From positions 448,001-512,000 of the forward strand of contig CAVUMN010000003.1 in assembly GCA_963742735.1 (NCBI GenBank): DNA of 64,000 nt, given 5' to 3'. Each line of letters opens with the position of its first letter. Position 1 is the first letter of the stretch. The notes beneath the pieces were generated by a model. That model ran no database searches, was not told the origin of the DNA, and saw only the letters and a program-made list of their open reading frames with translations. This stretch comes from an uncultured Actinomycetes bacterium. Its GTDB lineage: Bacteria > Actinomycetota > UBA4738 > JBBDTT01. Positions 56,798 through 64,000 of the stretch are shown piece after piece. A program made the position numbers and the translations under genes.

Positions 56798-57315
56798 CCG
56801 GGGCGCGGCTGGCCCGGCTCGGCTCGGGCATCGGACTGGTGCTGGGCGGCGTGTACGCGCTGTGGCTCGCGCTGGAGCAGTCCCGCCCCGGACGGGCGGG
56901 GCTGACGCCCGGGCTCGCCCTCGGCCTCGGCTACCTGGCCCCGTTCGCGGTGGCGGGCGCCGCCGGCCGCCTGTTGGACCCGGGGCTTCGGCGCGGGATG
57001 TGGCTGGGATGTGGCGTCCTCGCCGTGGTCCTGGCGATGACGTCGCTGACCGGAGTCACCCTCCCGCTCGTCGTGCCGGGCGGGCTGCTCCTGGCCGGGG
57101 CGATCCGCGAGCAGCGCCGGGACCGGGGCGCCGGGCCCGACGTCGGGACCGCGCTCGGCCTGGTGGGGGTCGGCGTCATCTCCGTGGTGGTGGTTCGAGT
57201 GTGGGCCGACGGCTACGGCGCGGCGCTGGCCGTGATCGGCTGGGCCGGCGTGGGGGCGTGGATGCTCGCGCGGTTGTCCATGGACCGCCGGCGCCACCTG
57301 GGGGTCCCGCCGTGA
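56794..57315 (+). CDS. Hypothetical membrane protein between gatA and gatB
   Basis: Several TM segments; ATGA/GTGA coupling on both sides. Confidence 0.7.
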   Translation: MTGARLARLGSGIGLVLGGVYALWLALEQSRPGRAGLTPGLALGLGYLAPFAVAGAAGRLLDPGLRRGMWLGCGVLAVVLAMTSLTGVTLPLVVPGGLLLAGAIREQRRDRGAGPDVGTALGLVGVGVISVVVVRVWADGYGAALAVIGWAGVGAWMLARLSMDRRRHLGVPP

Positions 57316-58766
57316 CCGCCTACCAGACGGTGATCGGGCTGGAGTGCCACGTCGAGCTCTCCACGGCGACGAAGATGTTCTGCGGGTGCCCGAATCACTT
57401 CGGCTCGCCGCCCAACACCAACGTCTGTCCGGTCTGCCTGGGCCATCCGGGAACGCTGCCGGTGACCAACCGTGCCGCGATCGAGCACACCATGACCATC
57501 GGGCTGGCCCTCGGGTGCGCGATCGCCGAGCGCAGCCTCTTCCACCGGAAGAACTACTTCTATCCGGACATGCCGAAGAACTATCAGATCTCCCAGTACG
57601 ACCTGCCGCTGTGCACCGCCGGCACCCTTCCCATCGTGGTGGACGGGGAGGCCCGCTCGATCGGTGTCCACCGGGTCCACCTGGAGGAGGACACCGGCAA
57701 GAGCCATCACGCCGGGACGACCGGGCGGATCGCCGAGGCCGAGTACGCCCTTCTCGATTACAACCGCGCCGGCGTCCCCCTGGTGGAGGTGGTCTCTGAG
57801 CCGGACATGCGCTCGGCCGAGGAGGCGCGCGCGTACCTGACCGAGCTCCGCCTGGTCCTCGAGTCCCTCGGCGTCTCGGACGTGCGGATGGAGGAGGGGT
57901 CGCTTCGCTGCGACGCCAACGTCTCGCTGCGCCCCGAGGGCGCCGCCGAGCTCGGCACGAAGGTCGAGATCAAGAACGTGAACTCGATCCGCTCCCTGGA
58001 GCGGGCGATCCGCTACGAGGCAGGAGCGCCAGGCCGCCGCCCTTGACGCGGGCGAGCCCCTCGTTCAGGAGACGCGGCACTGGGACGAGAAGGAGGGGGT
58101 CACGAAACCGCTGCGCTCCAAGGAGTACGCGTTCGACTACCGGTACTTCCCGGAGCCCGATCTGCAGCCGGTGGAGCCCGACCGGGCCTGGGTGGACGGC
58201 CTGCGGGCGGCGTTGCCGGAGCTTCCCGCGGCGCGGCGGGCCCGGTTCGCCGCCGACTACGGCCTGGAGCCGGCCACCGTGCGGATCCTGACCGGCGACC
58301 GGGCGTGGGGCGGGTTCTTCGAGGCCGCCGTCGAGCTCGGCGCCGATCCCCGGGGCGCCGCGAACTGGATGACCGGCGACCTGGCCGGCTTGCTGAACGA
58401 GGCCCACGAGGACCTGGAGTCCTCGAAGGTCACGCCCGGCCACCTCGCCGAGCTCGTCGCCCTGGTGGGAGACGGGACGATCTCGACCGCGGGCGGGAAG
58501 GCGGCCCTGGCCGAGGCATTCTCGAGCGGGGACGCGATCGGGGCCATCGTCGAGGCCAAGGGCCTGCGGCAGGTTTCGGACGCCACGGGCAGCTCCTGGC
58601 GATCATCGACCGGGTCATCGAGGAGAACCCCGCGCAGGTCGAGCAGTTCCGGGGCGGCAAGGAGGGCGTGATCGGCTTCCTGGTCGGCCAGGTGATGAAG
58701 GCGAGCGGCGGCTCGGCGAACCCGAAGGAGGCACAGCGGCTTCTCCGGGAGCGGCTGACCGCGTAG
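57312..58766 (+). CDS. gatB: Asp/Glu-tRNA amidotransferase subunit B (apparent indels at about 58020 and 58585)
   Basis: [50 protein letters not shown] spread over three frame segments. Confidence 0.95.
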
Positions 58767-58813
58767 GACGGCTCCGCCGGGTTGCGGCGCGGGCCACGGC
58801 CCCCGCGCGGCGG

Positions 58814-59944
58814 CTGGTCACGTCAGATCGAGCCATCGACGCCTACGCCCTCGTCCACGCGACCAGCGTCGCCGGGGACGCGCTGCTCGCGATCGGGCTG
58901 GCGGACTCGGTGTTCTTCTCCGTCTCCGCCGATCAGGCGACGTGGCGGGTGGCCGCCTACCTGCTGCTGACGATGGCGCCCCTCGCCGCGGCGGCCCCGG
59001 TCCTCGTCCGGGTGCTCGACCGAGGAGGGTTCCGCCGGGCCGTCACGTTCGGGGCGGCCGTGTTCCGCGGGCTCGTCGCCGTCCTGCTGGCCTCGCGCAC
59101 CCATACCTGGCTGCTGTTCCCGCTGGCGTTCGCGGCCCTCGTGGCCGCCCGGGTTCACCTGGTCTCGAAGAACGCGCTGACCGCCGCGTACGCGGAGCAG
59201 GTCGGGCTCGTGAACGAGAACGCGCTGCTCTCGCGGGTGGCGGCGATCAGCGCGACGCTCGCGTCGATCCCCGGCGTGCTGGCGGTCAAGTTCGGCGGAT
59301 CGGGGGCGGTCGTGATCCTCGCCGCGGTCGCGTATGCGGGATGCGCGCTGCTGTCGCTCCGCCTTCCCGCCACGCCGGAGCCGCCGGGCACGCCCGAGGG
59401 CGAGGTCCCGCGTCTCAGCCGGATGGTCCGGGCGGTGGGCGACGGGATGACCGGGATCCGGGGCGGAACGGGGTTCCTGGTCCTGCTGATCGCGTTCGGC
59501 CTGCGCCGGGTGGACGGCCCCGCGTACTGGCTCGCGATCATGGTCGGAGCCCTGGCGGTGGGGACGTTCCTGGGTGCGTTCCTCGCGCCCCGGCTCGCGC
59601 ACGACGGACGCGAGGAACCGGTGATGCTCGGGTCCCTCGTCCTGACGGCGCTCGGCGCGCTGGTCGCGTCGATCCAGTTCAGCCTGCCGATGCTCGGGGT
59701 CTTCGTTCTGTTGGCCGGCGTCGCCTCCGAGACGGCCCGGCTCGGGTTCCAGAGCCTCATCCAGAAGGAGGCGGGCCCGGGCGCCGAGGGGCGGGCCTAC
59801 GTCCGCTACGAGGTTCGGTTCCAGCTGGCGTGGGTCGCGGGCGCGTTCGTCCCGGCGATGCTTCCGATCACGTTCCGACCCGGGCTCCTGGTGCTGACCG
59901 CGCTGTACGCCGCGGTGGCGGTCTGGATCACCGTCCGGGACTAG
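58814..59944 (+). CDS. MFS-type membrane transporter (start uncertain)
   Basis: AGDALLAIGLADSVFF, YLLLTMAP...LDR; about 12 TM helices; homology-like sequence extends upstream of the 58910 GTG. Confidence 0.8.
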   Translation: MVTSDRAIDAYALVHATSVAGDALLAIGLADSVFFSVSADQATWRVAAYLLLTMAPLAAAAPVLVRVLDRGGFRRAVTFGAAVFRGLVAVLLASRTHTWLLFPLAFAALVAARVHLVSKNALTAAYAEQVGLVNENALLSRVAAISATLASIPGVLAVKFGGSGAVVILAAVAYAGCALLSLRLPATPEPPGTPEGEVPRLSRMVRAVGDGMTGIRGGTGFLVLLIAFGLRRVDGPAYWLAIMVGALAVGTFLGAFLAPRLAHDGREEPVMLGSLVLTALGALVASIQFSLPMLGVFVLLAGVASETARLGFQSLIQKEAGPGAEGRAYVRYEVRFQLAWVAGAFVPAMLPITFRPGLLVLTALYAAVAVWITVRD

Positions 59945-60047
59945 CCGGGGCATGGTCATTTCTGACTACCAGTCGGGCTGCTCGAGGGGCTGCCCCCGCT
60001 TCCGCCACCGCCGGGCGGCTAGGCGAGAACCGGCAACGGCGCGCGAC

Positions 60048-60080
60048 GAGAGCGGCGTCCCGTTCGGGGGCGCCGCTCTC
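60048..60080. terminator. Hairpin between convergent genes
   Basis: 14-bp stem GAGAGCGGCGTCCC/GGGGCGCCGCTCTC. Confidence 0.75.
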
Positions 60081-60090
60081 TCGCCTGAGG

Positions 60091-60924
60091 CTACGTCGGG
60101 ATGTCCCGCTCGCCGGAGGTGCGCAGGGCCTCCCGGCGCTCGGCCTCCTTGCGCAGCATCGGGTAGGCGGCCTTGTTGCCTACCGCGTAGGTCAGCCGGG
60201 GAGACATGGCGAGGATCACATCGGAGATCTTGGTGAGGGCCCCGCTGACCGTGACCTCGGGCCGGTCGCGCTCGATGGCCTGGATCGTCTTGGTCACCAC
60301 CTTCTCGACGGTGGTCGTCGTCCCCATCGGCGTCTTCGAGCCCCAGTCCCGGTCGTACATGCCGGCGCCCTTCACGTAGCCCGGCGACACCACCGAGGCG
60401 CTCACGCCCGTCCCGATGAGCTCGGCCCGGAGCGACAGGGTAAACCCGATCACCCCGTGCTTCGTGGCGGAGTAGGTGACGGTGTACGGGACCATGTTCT
60501 TGCCGGCGGTCGAAGCCATGTTCACCACGTGGCCCCGCCTGCGCTCGCGCATGCCGGGCAGCGCCTCGCGGGTCAGCAGGATCGTGGAGGTCAGGTTCAG
60601 CTCGATCATCCGTGCGATGTCCTTCGGCGCGAGCGCGGTGTACGGCGACCACTCGTCGAACCCGGCGTTGTTGATGAGGATGTCGACGGGGCCGAATGCC
60701 TTCTCGGTGGCGCGAAGCATCCGCGCTCGGTCGGCTTTCTTCGTGACGTCACCGGGCACGGCCGCGGCGCGGTCGCCGAGGGTCGCCGCCAACGCCTCCA
60801 GCTCGTCGGCGGACCGGGCCGTGAGCGCGACGCGAGCTCCCTTCTCCACGAGCTCGCGGGCGAGCACGGCCCCGATCCCCCGGGACGCGCCGGTCAACAG
60901 CACGGTCGAGCCGGCGATCTTCAT
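60091..60924 (-). CDS. SDR family oxidoreductase
   Basis: TGASRGIG, NNAG, YSATK. Confidence 0.93.
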   Translation of the reverse strand: MKIAGSTVLLTGASRGIGAVLARELVEKGARVALTARSADELEALAATLGDRAAAVPGDVTKKADRARMLRATEKAFGPVDILINNAGFDEWSPYTALAPKDIARMIELNLTSTILLTREALPGMRERRRGHVVNMASTAGKNMVPYTVTYSATKHGVIGFTLSLRAELIGTGVSASVVSPGYVKGAGMYDRDWGSKTPMGTTTTVEKVVTKTIQAIERDRPEVTVSGALTKISDVILAMSPRLTYAVGNKAAYPMLRKEAERREALRTSGERDIPT

Positions 60925-61748
60925 TCGGTCTCCCTCGAGGCGGCGTTGACCTCGGCGGTTCGCTTGATCAGTGCGTGCGCCGGGTTCCGCAGGTACGCGG
61001 CCTGTGAGAACCTCGGCGAGACCGCCAGCCCCACGTCGGCGATCCTCCCGAGGAACCCCATGGAGACGACCTCCGGCCGCTCCTCCTCGATCGCCTTCAC
61101 GACGGCCGCGGCCACCTTGTCCACGGTCGTCCCGCTGCCCCCGATCGACTTCTTGGCGAGCTGGTTCGCGTACATGCCCACGTCGTCCACGGTGCCGGGG
61201 CTGACGATCGAGACGCCGACGCCGGTTCCCCTGAGCTCCGCGTACAGGCCGAACGAGAACCCCTTGACCGCGTGCTTGGTGGCCGCGTAGATCGTCTCGT
61301 AGGGGACGATCGTCATCCCCGCGATCGACGCGAGGTTCACCACGTGGCCGCGCTTGCGTTCGAGCATGCCGGGCAGGACGCGGTGGGTGAGGAGCATCAG
61401 CGCGACCAGGTTCAGGTCGATCTGCGTGCGGACGTCGGCCTCGGTCTGATCCGTGAGGGCCAGGATCGTCTGCATGCCCGCGCCGTTGACGAGGACGTCG
61501 ATCGGGCCGAGGTCCTTCTCGACCCGCTTCACGAGCCGCTCGCGATCGGCCGCCTTCGTCACGTCGCAGGCGACGGCGATCGCCGTGGCGCCCCGAGCCG
61601 CCAGCGAGTCGCGGACGGCGTCGAGCTCGTCCTGCGAGCGGGCGGCCAGGGCGAGCTTCGCGCCCCGTTTGGCGAGCGCGCCGGCGATCAGGGGACCCAG
61701 TCCCTTCGAGCCGCCGGTGAGGAGCACGTTGGTGCCCGAGAGCCGCAT
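60921..61748 (-). CDS. SDR family oxidoreductase (tandem paralogue)
   Basis: TGGSKGLG, NGAG, YAATK. Confidence 0.93.
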   Translation of the reverse strand: MRLSGTNVLLTGGSKGLGPLIAGALAKRGAKLALAARSQDELDAVRDSLAARGATAIAVACDVTKAADRERLVKRVEKDLGPIDVLVNGAGMQTILALTDQTEADVRTQIDLNLVALMLLTHRVLPGMLERKRGHVVNLASIAGMTIVPYETIYAATKHAVKGFSFGLYAELRGTGVGVSIVSPGTVDDVGMYANQLAKKSIGGSGTTVDKVAAAVVKAIEEERPEVVSMGFLGRIADVGLAVSPRFSQAAYLRNPAHALIKRTAEVNAASRETE

Positions 61749-61838
61749 GGAGCGGACATTCTGGACCGAAGGCACGCACCCGCGCGAGCCGGATTCCCTC
61801 GTAGGGTGGGGCGAACGACCCGATGGAGGTGGATGCGG

Positions 61839-62699
61839 ATGGCGAAGCTCGCGTTCCTGGGGCTCGGGCAGATGGGGGAGCCCATGGCCCGGCGGCTGCT
61901 CGGCGCGGGACACGAGGTGACGGTCTGGAACCGGACCAGCGAACGCGCGGACGCCCTCGCCACGGACGGCGCCGGGGTGGCGGACTCCCCGGCGCAGGCC
62001 GCGGCCGGCGCGGACGCCGCATTCACCATGTTGACCGACCCGGCGGCGCTCGAGGACGTCGTGTTCGGGCAGGACGGGCTCGCGTCGGGGCTCGCGCCCG
62101 GGTCCGTCCTGGTCGAGATGTCGACGGTTGGGCCCGACGCCGTGCGCGACGTGGCCTCGCGGCTCCCGGAGGGCGTTTCGATGCTGGATGCGCCGGTGCT
62201 GGGAAGCGTGCCCGCGGTGATCGAAGGGTCGCTCAAGGTCCTCGTCGGCGGCGACCGGGCGACGTACGAGCGGCTGCGAGAGATGCTGGAGGTGTTCGGG
62301 CCGACGACCTACGTGGGCGAGCTGGGTGCCGGGGCCTCGATGAAGCTGGTGGCGAACTCGACGCTCGGCGCGGCGGTCGTCGGGCTGGGCGAGGCGCTGG
62401 CGCTCGCCGACAAGCTGGGGGTCCCGCAGGACGTGGCGCTGGACACCCTCTCGGGTGGCGCGCTGGGCAACGCCGTGCAGCGGACGCGGTCGGCGATCGA
62501 GGCGGGCGACTACTCGCCGCGGTTCAAGCTCTCCCTGGCCGAGAAGGACCTTCGCCTGGTCGAGGACGCCGCCCGCGAGTCGGGACTCGCGCTGCCCCTG
62601 GCGAGCGCCGCTCGGGCCTGGTTCGAGGACGCCGCCGGGGCCGGACGTGCCGAGGAGGACTACCCGGCCGTCATCGCCCACATCCGCGGCGAACGATAG
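61839..62699 (+). CDS. 3-hydroxyisobutyrate dehydrogenase family NAD(P)-dependent oxidoreductase
   Basis: GLGQMG, DAPVLG, MKLVAN, KDL. Confidence 0.92.
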   Translation: MAKLAFLGLGQMGEPMARRLLGAGHEVTVWNRTSERADALATDGAGVADSPAQAAAGADAAFTMLTDPAALEDVVFGQDGLASGLAPGSVLVEMSTVGPDAVRDVASRLPEGVSMLDAPVLGSVPAVIEGSLKVLVGGDRATYERLREMLEVFGPTTYVGELGAGASMKLVANSTLGAAVVGLGEALALADKLGVPQDVALDTLSGGALGNAVQRTRSAIEAGDYSPRFKLSLAEKDLRLVEDAARESGLALPLASAARAWFEDAAGAGRAEEDYPAVIAHIRGER

Positions 62700-62786
62700 G
62701 TCTGTCTCTCGGGACGTGACGGGGGTGCGGCGGAAGCCGGATGGTAATCTGGCCGTCGTTCCCCCCGAACCGCCAGAGGTGATTCC

Positions 62787-63941
62787 GTGACCGAACGACC
62801 CGAGATTCTGATGACCCCCGGGCCGACCCCGGTGCCGCCGGAGGTCCTGCTGGCCCAGGGCTCGCCGCTCGTCTACCACCGAGGCCCGGGCTTCGGCGCG
62901 CTGCTCCGCGAGGTCATGGACGGCCTGAAGGAGATCTACCGGACCAAGGGCGACGTCCTGGTGTTCGCGTCAAGCGGCACCGGCGGGCTCGAGTCCGCGG
63001 TCCAGAACCTCCTGTCGCCGGGCGACCGGGTCGTCGTGCCGGTGGCCGGGTACTTCGGTGAGCGGTTCGCCAAGATCGCCGAGGCCTACGGGGCGGACGT
63101 TCGCAAGATCGAGTACGAGTGGGGGAGCGCGACGCGCGTCGAGGACGTCGAGGCCGCGCTGGCCGAGGCGCCGACCAAGGCCGTCCTGATGCAGCACTCC
63201 GAGACCTCGACCGGCGTGATCCACGACGTCGAGGCGGTCGGCACGCTCACCAACGGCACGGACACGCTGCTCGTCGTCGACGTGATCTCCTCGCTCGGCG
63301 CGGTGCCCTACGAGGGCGACGCGTGGGGCGTCGATGTGGGCGTCGGCGGCGCGCAGAAGGCCCTGATGGGGACTCCCGGCCTGGCGTTCGTCTCCGTGAA
63401 CGAGAAGGCCTGGGAGGCGACGAAGACCGCGAAGAACCCGCGGTTCTATTTCGACTGGGCCACGTACAAGGCCAGCGCCTCGCTCGACGACCCGGAGAGC
63501 CCGTACACCCCCGCCATCTCGCTGGTGGCCGGCCTGGCCGCGGCCGTTCGCCTGTACCTCGACGAGGGGTACGAGGCCGTCCTGGAGCGCCACCGCATCC
63601 TGTCCGAGGCCACCAAGGAGGGCGTCAGAGCCCTCGGCCTCGACCTGGACGGCGAGGGGCCGGAGCGGGCCTGGGCGGTGACCGCGGTGCGGGCGCCGGA
63701 GGGCATCGACGGCAACGAGCTCGTCCAGCGGATCCGCTCGCGACACCGGATCATCCTGGCTCCGGGCCAGGGTCCGCTGAAGGGGAAGGTCTTTCGGATC
63801 GGCCACTTGGGCTACTACGACCGGTTCGACATCATCCGGTGCCTCGCCGCGCTGGAGATCACGCTCGAGGAGATGGGCTACCCGGTGAAGCGCGGTTCCG
63901 CGGTAGCCGCGGCGGAGTCGGTCTTCGCCGCCAACCCGTAG
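62787..63941 (+). CDS. Class V PLP aminotransferase (alanine/serine-glyoxylate family)
   Basis: MTPGPT, SGTGGLE, HSETSTG, AQKAL, FRIGHLG. Confidence 0.93.
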   Translation: MTERPEILMTPGPTPVPPEVLLAQGSPLVYHRGPGFGALLREVMDGLKEIYRTKGDVLVFASSGTGGLESAVQNLLSPGDRVVVPVAGYFGERFAKIAEAYGADVRKIEYEWGSATRVEDVEAALAEAPTKAVLMQHSETSTGVIHDVEAVGTLTNGTDTLLVVDVISSLGAVPYEGDAWGVDVGVGGAQKALMGTPGLAFVSVNEKAWEATKTAKNPRFYFDWATYKASASLDDPESPYTPAISLVAGLAAAVRLYLDEGYEAVLERHRILSEATKEGVRALGLDLDGEGPERAWAVTAVRAPEGIDGNELVQRIRSRHRIILAPGQGPLKGKVFRIGHLGYYDRFDIIRCLAALEITLEEMGYPVKRGSAVAAAESVFAANP

Positions 63942-63960
63942 GGGCACCGTGGCGGGCCCG

Positions 63961-64000
63961 ATGCGTGTCCTCGTCACCGAGCCGCTCTCGGAGCGCGGCC
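63961..64000 (+). CDS. serA: D-3-phosphoglycerate dehydrogenase, N-terminal fragment
   Basis: MRVLVTEPLSERG; common position downstream of a class V aminotransferase; only 13 codons visible. Confidence 0.65.
   Translation, partial: MRVLVTEPLSERG

Noticed and set aside
55338-58766. gatA and gatB as pseudogenes or programmed frameshifts
   Set aside because: Normally essential genes with otherwise intact motifs. About four small indels without slippery-site signatures, plus similar indels elsewhere, fit long-read assembly error.
59962-59976. CTGACTACCAGTCGG imperfect palindrome as a TetR operator
   Set aside because: Lies between convergent gene ends with no promoter or TetR gene nearby; may be chance.

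Overview
High-GC (roughly 70%) bacterial chromosomal DNA. Gene content and order (atpG-atpD-atpC, murA, mnmA-ligA-gatCAB, pepN, a Nur-like regulator, homologues of M. tuberculosis Rv3030/Rv3032/Rv3034c/Rv3038c) point to a probably deep-branching member of Actinomycetota; this is inference. About 64 CDS can be supported. No rRNA, tRNA, CRISPR array or intact transposase was seen. Small indels break gatA, gatB, a GNAT gene and a membrane-protein gene, most likely long-read assembly errors. The most interesting locus is 26.6-31.0 kb on the minus strand: a Crp-family regulator; a 91-aa cationic peptide built from (K/R)-A-(V/T) triplet repeats with a strong RBS, its own terminator and two tandem CRP-like boxes upstream; a Cys-rich mini-protein; an M50 intramembrane zinc protease with an N-terminal PqqD/RRE-like domain and two cyclic-nucleotide-binding domains; and a membrane protein with an APAKK tail. 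Together these suggest a cyclic-nucleotide-controlled peptide-processing system. Other points of interest: a lower-GC degenerate tyrosine-recombinase/DUF4145(HEPN-like) fusion inserted after the atp operon, a partial MGLP-like gene cluster, three genes whose best RBS points at CTG/ACG start codons, an IcmA-type mutase, and a CsoR/Nur metal-homeostasis cluster with visible operators.
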